DNA of 64,000 bases from Candidatus Zixiibacteriota bacterium. GTDB lineage: Bacteria; Zixibacteria; MSB-5A5; UBA10806; 4484-95. Position 1 is the first letter of the stretch. The number at the start of each line of letters is the position of its first letter. The position numbers and the translations under genes were made by a program. The DNA lies in NCBI GenBank assembly GCA_037441845.1, contig JBBIRK010000006.1, positions 96,001 through 160,000 of the forward strand, given 5' to 3'. The notes below the pieces were generated by a model, which made no database searches, was not told where the DNA came from, and saw nothing but the letters and a program-made list of their open reading frames with translations. Below, piece after piece: positions 1 to 9,586 of the stretch.

Positions 1-132
1 ATGAATGTCTTTTATATCGCCGTCGCCTCAATCGCAAATCAAATCTGGGAGATAGAAAATGTCGAGGGTTTCCTTTCCGACCGGCCGCGCCAGGTGGCCG
101 ATATCTTTCTTAATGGAATTAAGGCCAAATGA
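1..132 (+). CDS. 3' end of a gene entering the window, possibly the C-terminus of a TetR-family regulator
   Basis: Frame 1 is open from base 1 to TGA at 130-132 (…QVADIFLNGIKAK*). The 'IFLNGI' ending and the position before an efflux operon fit TetR C-termini. Confidence 0.4.
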   Translation: MNVFYIAVASIANQIWEIENVEGFLSDRPRQVADIFLNGIKAK

Positions 133-1441
133 CCGGCTGATACTTATAAGCTTGGTCATGGTTTTTGCGATTGCCTTTTCTACGGCGGTATCGGCTTTAG
201 AGCTGACGATCAAGGAGGCGATTTCAAGGGGAGTCGATCGTTCTTATTCGATTAAATCGTCCATACAGGATTCACTGGCCGCACGTTTCGAGTATTTATC
301 AGCTCGAACAGCGTTCTGGCCGGTTTTAAGTTTGAACGCGACCGGTTTTTACAGCAACCCTATCCAAACCATACATACGCCCTGGACGGAGATCGGACTC
401 GGGCAAAAGGAAAATTACCTGGCGGATTTGAAAATTTCTCTACCTCTTTATGCCGGCGGTCGTTTGAGCAATCGACTGAAAATGCAGCGCGCCTTGCTCG
501 ATATGAGTGGTCTCGATCTGGAAGCCAAAAGACTGGACATTGCGCGCGCAATCCGAACCTTGTCGTTACAGTTTTTGATCGCCGAAGCTTCGCTGGCCTC
601 CGCTGAAGCTTCGCTTGCCCGGCTGAATTTGCTGGCCGAAGATGTGCGCAATCGTTTCGACAACGGTTTGGCCGATTCAATTGATCTGCTCGAAAGCGCC
701 TTGTCCCTCAGTTCGGCCCGTCGATCGGTTTTGGACAAGAGTACGGCATTAACCGCGGCTCGTATCGCTTTGGCCACTCATCTCGATCTGCCGGAAACCG
801 AGAAAATCGTCTTTGTGGATTCTATACCGCCACCGAAAAATCCTGCGGAAAACCCGGAATCGTATCCGATGCAGGTGGATAACCGCCCCGAACTGAAAGC
901 CGCTCTGAGCAAGATAACCGTATCCGAATTGACGGAAAAATTGACCAGAGGAAATCTGCTTCCAGGCCTCACCGCGTTTGTCGGTTACAGCTACGGAAAA
1001 CCCAATCGCGATCTCACCGGCGACAGCTGGAACGAATCATACATGAGCGGCTTAACCCTGCATTGGGAATTCAATCTCGGCGCTGGAGACATCAAAAATT
1101 TTCAGGCCGCCAAATCCAGGACTGAATCATCATCGCTGGCCAAAGAAGATATAGCCGAATCATTCTCGACCGCCGCTCGAATAGCCTGCCTCGAGCTTCA
1201 AAACTCTTACGATCAATTCCTGCTTTCTAAAACCGAATTTTCAATTGCGGAAAATAAATATCGCTTGGCTCTCGAAAAACAGAAAGCCGGATCACTTGCG
1301 CTCAATCGGGTCTTGGAAAGCGAAAAAGAACTGGCCGCCAGCGAACAACAATACCGTCAGGCGATACTGTACTATTATCTAAAAGAAACCGAATACTTCT
1401 ATTCTGTCGGCTCCAGCAAAATCTACGGAGGGTTGAATTGA
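113..1441 (+). CDS. TolC-family outer membrane efflux protein
   Basis: Signal peptide (…AFSTAVSA|LELT), two OEP-like repeats (LKISLPLYAGG, NRPELKA), first gene of the efflux operon. ATG 113 is preferred over 59. Confidence 0.9.
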   Translation: MELRPNDRLILISLVMVFAIAFSTAVSALELTIKEAISRGVDRSYSIKSSIQDSLAARFEYLSARTAFWPVLSLNATGFYSNPIQTIHTPWTEIGLGQKENYLADLKISLPLYAGGRLSNRLKMQRALLDMSGLDLEAKRLDIARAIRTLSLQFLIAEASLASAEASLARLNLLAEDVRNRFDNGLADSIDLLESALSLSSARRSVLDKSTALTAARIALATHLDLPETEKIVFVDSIPPPKNPAENPESYPMQVDNRPELKAALSKITVSELTEKLTRGNLLPGLTAFVGYSYGKPNRDLTGDSWNESYMSGLTLHWEFNLGAGDIKNFQAAKSRTESSSLAKEDIAESFSTAARIACLELQNSYDQFLLSKTEFSIAENKYRLALEKQKAGSLALNRVLESEKELAASEQQYRQAILYYYLKETEYFYSVGSSKIYGGLN

Positions 1442-2322
1442 CTCGGACTATTCCTTTGGCAGGGTGCGCTGCGGCGTTGATATTGTCGGCTTGTTCGAAC
1501 AATCATTCCGGGCCGTTGGGATCCGGTTTGGTGGAGGGAACTCAACTTGTCATATCGGCGGAAGCGACCGGACGACTTCTTGCCCTCTACGTTGACGAGG
1601 GCAGTAATATCAGCGAAGGGGACACAATCGCCCTGATCGACACGGTCGATGTGGCTTTAAGGCTGATGCAGGCGAGGGCTGCCAAAAACGCGTCAGCGGC
1701 AAAATTAAGAATGGCCGAGCTGGCGGTGGATCAGGCCGCTATCGCCCACGATTTGGCGGCCAAAGAGCTGCGGCGGATCGAACAATTGATGACTTCGGGC
1801 ACCGCCAATCAGCAACAGCTGGATATGGCCGAACATGCGTTTGAACAAGCCGGGCTTGCCCGTAACCAGGCGGAGGCCTCGCTGGCCGCCTCCAAAGCCG
1901 AACTCGAAAGCGCCACAGCGGCGGAAAATCTGCTGTTTCGTCAATTCGAAAATTGTTTCCCGACCGCCCCGACCTCGGGATTGATTTCAAAAAAGTATGT
2001 CGAATCCGGCGAGCTGATCGGTCCTGGCAGGCCCCTTGTCGAATTGATCAAGCTCGACACCGTTTGGGTGAAGATTTATTTGAATTCCGCCGATATCGCC
2101 ACAATAAAGCACGGGCAAAAAGCATTCATCGATATCGAGGACGGATCGACTCCACCGCTTGAAGGGTTCGTCACCTGGATTTCCGATCAGTCCGAGTTCA
2201 CTCCAAAAAATGTGCAAACCAAAGAGGCGCGCGCCGACCTCGTATTCGCCGTCAAAATCACGATAGCCAATGCCGATGGCAAATTGAAGATCGGGATGCC
2301 GGTCTCGGTCAAAATTCCGTGA
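1438..2322 (+). CDS. HlyD-family periplasmic adaptor (YbhG-like), lipoprotein
   Basis: Lipobox LSAC, lipoyl half-motifs, coiled hairpin, 'SEFTPKNVQTKEAR…LKIGMP'. Confidence 0.92.
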   Translation: MTRTIPLAGCAAALILSACSNNHSGPLGSGLVEGTQLVISAEATGRLLALYVDEGSNISEGDTIALIDTVDVALRLMQARAAKNASAAKLRMAELAVDQAAIAHDLAAKELRRIEQLMTSGTANQQQLDMAEHAFEQAGLARNQAEASLAASKAELESATAAENLLFRQFENCFPTAPTSGLISKKYVESGELIGPGRPLVELIKLDTVWVKIYLNSADIATIKHGQKAFIDIEDGSTPPLEGFVTWISDQSEFTPKNVQTKEARADLVFAVKITIANADGKLKIGMPVSVKIP

Positions 2323-3254
2323 GCTCGATCGAGGTAATTTCTCTTTGCAAAAAATACGGCTCGAAAACAGCCGTCACCAATTTCGGTTTCACCGCCGATC
2401 CCGGCGAAATTACGGCCGTTATCGGTCCGGACGGCGCCGGCAAAACCACGCTGATGCGTGCCTGTTGCGGCTTGATCGAGATCGACGACGGGACTATTCG
2501 AATCCTCGGGCGCGATATCAAGCACGACCTGAATCTGATCAAGCCCGATCTCGGGTATATGCCGCAATCCTTTTCGTTATATCAGGATTTGACGGTTGAA
2601 GAGAATCTGTTTTTCTATGCCGGTCTATACGGCCTCGATAAATCGGATTTCGAGCTCAAGAAAGAAGTGATATACGATTTTTCGGGTCTCGGAAGGTTCC
2701 GCACCAGGCGCGCCGGAGCCCTATCCGGTGGCATGAAACAAAAACTCGCCCTCGGCTGCGCCGTCGTTCACCAACCCAAAATACTGATACTCGATGAACC
2801 GACCACCGGAGTCGATCCTTTATCTCGGCGTCAGTTTTGGGATATATTGAAAAATTTGAAATCCGCAGGCGCCGCCATTTTAGTCTCCACTCCTTATATG
2901 GATGAAGTGTCGCTTTCCGACAAGGCGGTCTTCATGCATGAAGGGGTCAAGCTCGCCGAAGGAACTCCATCCGAGCTTATCGATCGATTCGGCGGCCTCA
3001 TTCTCGAAATACGGATTCCGCCTACGCCGGAAATTATGAATCGCTTGAATTCCATCGAGGGATTGCTTGCGCATCGGTTCGGATCCTCGATACACGTTAC
3101 AATCAAAGATAACGATTCACCCGATCGATATATCGAGGCTTTGACTTCCTGCGGCATCGAACGATCGAACATAGGGATCATAAAACCGAGTCTCGAAGAC
3201 TTGTTTATCGAACTGGTGCATGAGGTAGGCGATGGAAACGGTGGCAGCCGATAA
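2319..3254 (+). CDS. ABC transporter ATP-binding protein
   Basis: Walker A GPDGAGKTT, signature LSGGMKQK, Walker B ILILDEPT. Confidence 0.95.
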   Translation: MSSIEVISLCKKYGSKTAVTNFGFTADPGEITAVIGPDGAGKTTLMRACCGLIEIDDGTIRILGRDIKHDLNLIKPDLGYMPQSFSLYQDLTVEENLFFYAGLYGLDKSDFELKKEVIYDFSGLGRFRTRRAGALSGGMKQKLALGCAVVHQPKILILDEPTTGVDPLSRRQFWDILKNLKSAGAAILVSTPYMDEVSLSDKAVFMHEGVKLAEGTPSELIDRFGGLILEIRIPPTPEIMNRLNSIEGLLAHRFGSSIHVTIKDNDSPDRYIEALTSCGIERSNIGIIKPSLEDLFIELVHEVGDGNGGSR

Positions 3255-3987
3255 TCTGACGAAAAAATTCGGACGCTTCACCGCAGTCGATGGGATTTCG
3301 CTGAACATTTCCGCCGGCGAAATTTTCGGATTTCTCGGGGCTAACGGCGCCGGCAAGACGACCGCGATAAGAATGCTTTGCGGCCTGCTGAAACCCACCT
3401 CCGGTTCCGGACACGTCCTCGGGTTGGACATTTATCGGGATAGCGAGTTGATAAAGAAAAAGATCGGCTATATGTCTCAGAAGTTCTCTCTATACAAAGA
3501 CTTGACCGGCCGCGAAAATCTTTGGTTTTACGGTTCGATTTATGGACTGAAAAATACCGAAATTCGTTCCCGGACCGCCGAGCTGTCGGATTTGCTTGAC
3601 CTGACCGAATTCATCGACATTCAGACCGGGCGGCTGCCGATCGGCTGGAGGCAGAGGCTGGCCTTGAGCGCCGCTCTGCTTCATCGACCCGCCATATTGT
3701 TTCTCGATGAGCCGACTGCAGGCGTCGATCCTCTTTTCCGACGCCGCTTCTGGGAATTGCTTTACCGGCTGGCCGATCACGGAACCACTCTTTTCGTGAC
3801 CACGCATTATATGGACGAAGCGGAATATTGCCGGAGGATTTCGATAATGCACCGCGGCAAAATAGTGGCGATAGGATCGCCCATGCAGCTTGTGGCTGAT
3901 TACGGCCGGGCGAATCTCGAAGAGACTTTTATCGGCCTTATAAGCGAGGAGTACCGATCTGAAACGGATAAGACTGATCGCGCTTAA
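3232..3987 (+). CDS. ABC transporter ATP-binding protein
   Basis: GANGAGKTT, LPIGWRQR, LFLDEPT, TTHYMDEAE; resembles the second ATPase half of YbhF. Confidence 0.95.
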   Translation: METVAADNLTKKFGRFTAVDGISLNISAGEIFGFLGANGAGKTTAIRMLCGLLKPTSGSGHVLGLDIYRDSELIKKKIGYMSQKFSLYKDLTGRENLWFYGSIYGLKNTEIRSRTAELSDLLDLTEFIDIQTGRLPIGWRQRLALSAALLHRPAILFLDEPTAGVDPLFRRRFWELLYRLADHGTTLFVTTHYMDEAEYCRRISIMHRGKIVAIGSPMQLVADYGRANLEETFIGLISEEYRSETDKTDRA

Positions 3988-5062
3988 GGAAATACGGCAC
4001 ATTTTTCGGGATCCCGTATCCTTGATTATCGCGGTTTTGATGCCGATCATGATGACCCTCATCTACGGCTACGCCATAAACCTCGATATGAAAAATATCG
4101 AGCTGGGCATCATCGATCTCGATAACACCTCGCATTCGCGCGATTTCGGCGAAAGCTTCTATGTTTCCGGATATTTCCTGAAACCTTCCCGGACGGTATC
4201 TCCGGCGAAAGCCGATGAATTTTTACGGGAGGGCGAGGTTGACGCCGTCCTGACGATCAAGCCGGGATTCGCCAAGGCGCTCACAAATGCCGAAAAGTAC
4301 GAACTCGGTTTGCTTATCGATGGTTCGGATGGCAATCAGGCCGTAGCCGCCTCTAATTACGCCGAAATGATACTGGTCCAATACGCCCTGCGAAACGACC
4401 CGGCAGCAGCGCAACGCGGCGTGAATATGTCGGTGCAAGTCGCCTATAATCAGGATTTGAAATCATCGCATCATTTCGTTCCCGGCTTGGTGGCGGTCAT
4501 TCTGATGATGATCTCGGCGCTTCTGACTTCGGTGACTATCGCCAGGGAAAAGGAAACCGGCACGCTCGAGCAACTCCTAACCTCGCCGGTTGCGCCACGG
4601 GAAATAATTGTCGGAAAGATATTGCCGTATATCGGTCTGGCTTTTTTCGATGGTTTGCTGGTGCTGTTGTTCGCTCTGATTGTGTTCGCCATTCCCTTCA
4701 ACGGTTCAGGTCTGCTGCTTTTGTTTTTCGGATTTATCTACGTGGTTACCGCGCTTTCGATCGGAGTGTTGATCTCGACTTTGGTTTCGACCATGCAGCT
4801 GGCTATGATGGCCTCGCTTTTGGTCACGCTTCTGCCCTCGGTGATTTTATCCGGATACATATTCGATGTCCGAAACATGCCTTATGTTCTGCAACTATTA
4901 TCGCGCCTTGTTCCGGCGAGGTATTTTATCGTCATAATAAGGGGGATCATGCTCAAAGGGTCGGACTTAACGGTGCTTTGGGTCGAGGCCGCCGCTTTGA
5001 TAGCGATCTGCCTTACTCTGCTTATCTTGGCGATAAAGCGATTCAGATTGAAATTGATGTAG
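3959..5062 (+). CDS. ABC-2 type permease (YbhS-like), probable CTG start
   Basis: The frame is open upstream of 4022 and encodes the typical N-terminus KRIRLIALKEIRHIFRDP. GAGGAG lies 7 nt before CTG at 3959, with an in-frame TAA at 3941. Motif AREKETGTLEQL. Confidence 0.9.
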   Translation: MKRIRLIALKEIRHIFRDPVSLIIAVLMPIMMTLIYGYAINLDMKNIELGIIDLDNTSHSRDFGESFYVSGYFLKPSRTVSPAKADEFLREGEVDAVLTIKPGFAKALTNAEKYELGLLIDGSDGNQAVAASNYAEMILVQYALRNDPAAAQRGVNMSVQVAYNQDLKSSHHFVPGLVAVILMMISALLTSVTIAREKETGTLEQLLTSPVAPREIIVGKILPYIGLAFFDGLLVLLFALIVFAIPFNGSGLLLLFFGFIYVVTALSIGVLISTLVSTMQLAMMASLLVTLLPSVILSGYIFDVRNMPYVLQLLSRLVPARYFIVIIRGIMLKGSDLTVLWVEAAALIAICLTLLILAIKRFRLKLM

Positions 5063-5065
5063 GCC

Positions 5066-6163
5066 ATGCTGCGGATAATTCTGGCGATAATCAAGAAGGA
5101 AGCCGTTCAGGTCTTAAGAGACCCGATGATGCTTCGCATAATCATAATGATGCCGTTGATACAGCTGTTCGTAATGGGTTATGCCGTCAATTTCGAGGTA
5201 AAAAATATCCGCCTGGCCGTTTATGACCTTGACAATAGCGCCGATTCCCGGCAGTTGCAATCATCATTCATTGGAAACGGGCTTTTCACCATCCGGCAGG
5301 CCGAATCCAAGATTCTCGATATCCACCGAGGTTTTCGGGAAAACATCCATGACGCCGCGATCATAATAAAAAACGGCTTCGCGAGGGATATAGCCTCCGG
5401 AAAAGCCGGCCGGATCGGATTCGTGGTAGACGGCGCCAACGCCTTTTCGGCCTCGGTGGCGATCGGTTACGCCAGCCGGGTGGTTTATCGTTTCAATCAA
5501 CAGCGAATGGGACTGGACATCCCTCTTTCGATAAGGGAAAAGAGACTTTATAACCCGGAATCTAAAACGGTCAATTTCATGGTCCCCGGAATAGCTGCGG
5601 TCCTGCTCACCATGATCGCCATGATGCTCACCTCGATGGCGATCGTGCGCGAACGGGAAAGGGGGACGCTCGAGCAGCTGATGGTTACGCCGCTGCCCGT
5701 GTCGGCCTTGATAATCGGAAAAGTAACCACGTTCGCCCTGCTCGGTTTTTTGGAACTGTCCATATTCCTGCTCATCGGTTTCAACTGGTTCCGTATTCCG
5801 TTCGTCGGTTCATGGTGGCTTCTTTATTTGCTGTCGTTCGTATATCTGTTTACGCCGCTGGGGATCGGCATGCTGATTTCCACGCTGGCGCGCACCCAGC
5901 AACAGGCGATGTTTTTCGCATGGTTTTTTTCGGTGTTCGCGATGTTGACCGGTGGATTTTTCACCCCGATCAGCAACATGCCTAAGGTCGTGCAGTATAT
6001 TACCCTGTTGAATCCTCTGCGCTATTTTCTTACTATAATAAGGGGAATTTCCATGAAAGGAGCAACGGCGACGATGCTGATTCCGGAAACCCTTGCTCTG
6101 ATAGCTTTCGGCACGGCCATGTTGGCTCTTTCTTACCTGAAATTCTCGAAAAGAGCTGACTGA
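5066..6163 (+). CDS. ABC-2 type permease (YbhR-like)
   Basis: IIKKEAVQVLRD start, VRERERGTLEQLMVTP, multiple TM helices. Confidence 0.93.
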   Translation: MLRIILAIIKKEAVQVLRDPMMLRIIIMMPLIQLFVMGYAVNFEVKNIRLAVYDLDNSADSRQLQSSFIGNGLFTIRQAESKILDIHRGFRENIHDAAIIIKNGFARDIASGKAGRIGFVVDGANAFSASVAIGYASRVVYRFNQQRMGLDIPLSIREKRLYNPESKTVNFMVPGIAAVLLTMIAMMLTSMAIVRERERGTLEQLMVTPLPVSALIIGKVTTFALLGFLELSIFLLIGFNWFRIPFVGSWWLLYLLSFVYLFTPLGIGMLISTLARTQQQAMFFAWFFSVFAMLTGGFFTPISNMPKVVQYITLLNPLRYFLTIIRGISMKGATATMLIPETLALIAFGTAMLALSYLKFSKRAD

Positions 6164-6355
6164 CATCGCGCATGAATTTAATTGGAGGCGAAAAATCCGA
6201 TTGGAGAATCGCCAGTCCATCGGATTTTTCAAACAATTAGACGGAGTTGGACATATTATCTATATGGCAAGTGATACGATGACCTGCACTATAGAAACCG
6301 GCTTGACTTTAATCAGGTTGGAACATATGTCGATATCAAAGTAAAGAGGTGATAA

Positions 6356-7633
6356 ATGTCCGGGAAAAGCATATTGGTCTTGGCCCTGGCGGCCTTCTTG
6401 ATAGCGCCGGGTAATCTTACCGCGCAGAAAATCCTCATCCCGATGGATTTCAGCCAGACTGACCATCTGAAAGCATACGGCGTGGCTTACTGGTGCCTAA
6501 GTAACGAGACGAACGTCGAATGGCTGCTCAACTACCGCGGCGGTTCGTTTCTCACCATATCGCTTCCCCAGATTGAGGAGCTTTGCCGAATAAGAGGAGT
6601 CCGATACCAACGGATCGACGGGGCCGCCGAGGCGGCGATCAAAGCTGAAATCGAAGAAAACAACATGGAATCGATATTGCTCGAAAAAGCGCCGAGAGTG
6701 GCGATTTACGCCCCGCCGTTCGAAAAAATCGAGCAGTGGGATGATGCTGTGGCCCTGGCTCTTACCTACGCCGATATCCCCTACGATGTTTTATACGACA
6801 AAGATGTGCTCGAGGGCCGTTTGGCCGATTATGATTGGCTGCATCTTCACCACGAGGATTTCACCGGCCAGTATGGCAAGTTTTACGGCGCATATAGAAA
6901 CACGGCTTGGTACAGGCAGATCAAGGCATTGTCCGAAACTCTTGCCCGAGAGCTCGGATTCAGAAAAGTGTCGGCGCTCAAACTTCGGGTGGCTATGGCT
7001 ATCCGTGATTATGTGAAAAACGGCGGCTTCTTGTTCGCCATGTGTTCGGCCACCGATACATATGAAATCGCCCTTGCCGCTCACAATACGGATATAGTGC
7101 CGGCGGAATACGATGGTGATCCTCCTGATCCCGGCTGCCAGAGCCGCCTCGACTTCTCCGCCTGCCTGGGTTTCGAAAATTTCCAGGTTGAGCTGAATCC
7201 GGTGATCTACGAACACTCCAATATCGATACCAGCCCCACCCGCGGCCTACGCGGACTCGGTCCCGAAAGCGACTATTTCACCTTATTCGATTTTTCGGCC
7301 AAATTCGATCCCGTCCCGACGATGCTGGTGCAGGACCATGTTCCTGTCGTAAACGGATTCTGGGGACAGACCACCGGTTTCAACAGAACGACTATATCCA
7401 AACACGTCATTATCCTTGCCGAAACGCGAGTGCCGGGCGAGGCTAAATATATCCACGGGAATTTCGGCAAAGGCACTTTCACCTACCTGGGCGGGCATGA
7501 CCCCGAGGATTATCAACACATGATCGGCGATCCGCCGACCGATCTGAAACTGCATAAAAATTCCCCGGGTTATCGACTTATCCTGAATAACGTTTTATTT
7601 CCCGCAGCCAAAAAACAGGAAAGGAAAACATGA
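6356..7633 (+). CDS. Exported conserved protein with class-I glutamine amidotransferase-like core (family often mislabelled 'asparagine synthetase B' in FCB genomes)
   Basis: Signal peptide; motifs HLKAYG, DWLHLHHEDFTGQYG, GGFLFAMCSATD, GGHDPEDY. Confidence 0.7.
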   Translation: MSGKSILVLALAAFLIAPGNLTAQKILIPMDFSQTDHLKAYGVAYWCLSNETNVEWLLNYRGGSFLTISLPQIEELCRIRGVRYQRIDGAAEAAIKAEIEENNMESILLEKAPRVAIYAPPFEKIEQWDDAVALALTYADIPYDVLYDKDVLEGRLADYDWLHLHHEDFTGQYGKFYGAYRNTAWYRQIKALSETLARELGFRKVSALKLRVAMAIRDYVKNGGFLFAMCSATDTYEIALAAHNTDIVPAEYDGDPPDPGCQSRLDFSACLGFENFQVELNPVIYEHSNIDTSPTRGLRGLGPESDYFTLFDFSAKFDPVPTMLVQDHVPVVNGFWGQTTGFNRTTISKHVIILAETRVPGEAKYIHGNFGKGTFTYLGGHDPEDYQHMIGDPPTDLKLHKNSPGYRLILNNVLFPAAKKQERKT

Positions 7634-8466
7634 CTTATATCGATCTGCGCCCTTTCCTCGGTTTCAGCGAATTCTCATCGCAAACCTCACCGAAAGAGGC
7701 GGCGGATCGATGCTTGAGGCTGGGGCTTGCGGCGTTTCAGCTAGTCGGCGATTATCCGATTAACTTCCCGGAATTCACGCCGCCGGCATTTCGAAAAGAA
7801 GTGAAAGAATATATTTCCCAGAAGGGGTTACGCCTTCATTTTCACTCTCCCCACGATATTCCTCTTGCCTCCCGACACGACCGCATACGTCAAGGCGGGA
7901 TCGAGAGAATGAAGGAATATGTGCAATTGGCTGTCGATATGGGTGCCTCTACGTTCGTAATCCACCCAGGAAGATTCGCCGTTTATAAAATGAGCACGGG
8001 CAGCATCGTGCTCGACCAAAAAATTATCCCGAAATCATATTACGATCGCTTCTCCAATTCCTTTTGCAATATCGTCGAATTCGCCGCCGGCCGATTGTCC
8101 GTTCTTCTCGAAAACACTCATGGCTATTCCGATCAATTGTGTCAATTGATCGACGGTTTCCTTGATCTTGACGGCGTAGGGTTGGCCTGGGATATCGCCT
8201 ATACGGCGAAAATGGATTCGCTCGATCCGAACCGGGCGGCGGAATTCATTTCCAAGAGGCTTTCCAAAGTGAAGTTGATTCATTTGCACGATTACGCCAA
8301 AGGACGCGGCCATTTGGCTCTCGGAACCGGCAAGCTGAAAATCAAACCCTACTTGGACATAATAGCCGAACTCAAAACGGATACCATAATCGAAGTATTT
8401 TCAGAGGCCGATCTCGTGCGGTCGATCGCTTATATCCAATCGCTTTATTCGGGTGCGCAATCGTGA
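7630..8466 (+). CDS. Sugar phosphate isomerase/epimerase (xylose-isomerase-like TIM barrel)
   Basis: VIHPG, LLEN, WDIA, IHLHD, HLALGTG, IIEV metal-binding pattern. Confidence 0.8.
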   Translation: MTYIDLRPFLGFSEFSSQTSPKEAADRCLRLGLAAFQLVGDYPINFPEFTPPAFRKEVKEYISQKGLRLHFHSPHDIPLASRHDRIRQGGIERMKEYVQLAVDMGASTFVIHPGRFAVYKMSTGSIVLDQKIIPKSYYDRFSNSFCNIVEFAAGRLSVLLENTHGYSDQLCQLIDGFLDLDGVGLAWDIAYTAKMDSLDPNRAAEFISKRLSKVKLIHLHDYAKGRGHLALGTGKLKIKPYLDIIAELKTDTIIEVFSEADLVRSIAYIQSLYSGAQS

Positions 8467-9569
8467 AAACAGTAGTTACGATCACTTTAGGCATGGCGAT
8501 CGTCGTGACCGCGGTTTTCGCCGACAGCCCGCGTTGCTCGATATGCAATCAGAATATCGAGGGGAAATACGTCCGTTATGCCGATGGCGATCTTGTCTGC
8601 GAAAATTGCATGAATCGCGTACCCCGATGCGATATCTGCGGCAAGCCCTCTTTACAAAACTCGCTTATCGACGGCAAAAAAGTCTGCCGGAAATGTCTGC
8701 CGAAACTGCCCGTCTGCGGGGTTTGCGGAAAGCCGATTGCGGGGGATCATTATCGCGGCCAAGGGAACACCGCAATTTGCCCGCAATGCTTTCTTAAAGC
8801 GGATCGCTGTTTCGTGTGCGGGGCGATAGGCAACGATTTGGTGGCCGCCGGTAGTAAAAAAGCTTGTCCGAGCTGCGCCAAGCGCTTGAATTTTTGCGAT
8901 ATTTGCGGCGAACCGATTTCCGGCACCGGCTTTTGGTTCGAAAACGACAAATCCAAACAATATTGCGCCGATTGCTGGAATAAGTTTCCTCATTGCTCGA
9001 GTTGCGATGCTCCCGTCGGCCCCCACGGAATCGATCTCGACGACGGCCGTAGCCTTTGCCGGAATTGCTACAAAGCGGCCATTTTCCAGCCGGAAACGGT
9101 GACCGAGATTAAGCTTGAGGTTTTGGCGTTCTTGGGATCAGAATTGGGAATGGAGCTGATGCACAACGTCGCATATTCGTTGCAAGGAATAGATTACATT
9201 CGTTCGAAAGCCGGCGAAAACACCGGAGACCTTTATGGCTTATTTCAACGCGAGGGGGATGATTTCAAAATTTACGTGCTTTACGGATTGAACAGAAAAA
9301 TGTTTTATCAAGTATTGGCCCACGAAATCGCCCATGCCTGGCTGTCCGAAAGAAGAGCCGACGAACCCGACCGGCTGACCAACGAAGGTTTCGCCCAATG
9401 GGTCGCCTATCATGCATTGATAAAATTCGGCTTCACCAAAGAGGCGGAGAAGCTTCTCGACCGCGTTGATGACTACGCTCTCGGCCTGAGGAAGATGCTC
9501 GATCTGGAAAAAAGAGACGGACGAAAGGAAGTTTTCAACAGGGCTCTCGCTATAGATCAGGATCGATAA
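8463..9569 (+). CDS. Exported protein with 12 CxxC (LIM-like Zn-finger) motifs and a C-terminal DA1-like zinc metallopeptidase domain
   Basis: Signal peptide (…TAVFA|DSP), six CxxC…CxxC units, LAHEIAHAWL plus downstream NEGFAQW. Confidence 0.8.
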   Translation: MKTVVTITLGMAIVVTAVFADSPRCSICNQNIEGKYVRYADGDLVCENCMNRVPRCDICGKPSLQNSLIDGKKVCRKCLPKLPVCGVCGKPIAGDHYRGQGNTAICPQCFLKADRCFVCGAIGNDLVAAGSKKACPSCAKRLNFCDICGEPISGTGFWFENDKSKQYCADCWNKFPHCSSCDAPVGPHGIDLDDGRSLCRNCYKAAIFQPETVTEIKLEVLAFLGSELGMELMHNVAYSLQGIDYIRSKAGENTGDLYGLFQREGDDFKIYVLYGLNRKMFYQVLAHEIAHAWLSERRADEPDRLTNEGFAQWVAYHALIKFGFTKEAEKLLDRVDDYALGLRKMLDLEKRDGRKEVFNRALAIDQDR

Positions 9570-9586
9570 AGATTCCGCGTTCAAAT

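Noticed and set aside
8463..9100. Multiheme cytochrome c
   Set aside because: The motifs are CxxC without the following His.
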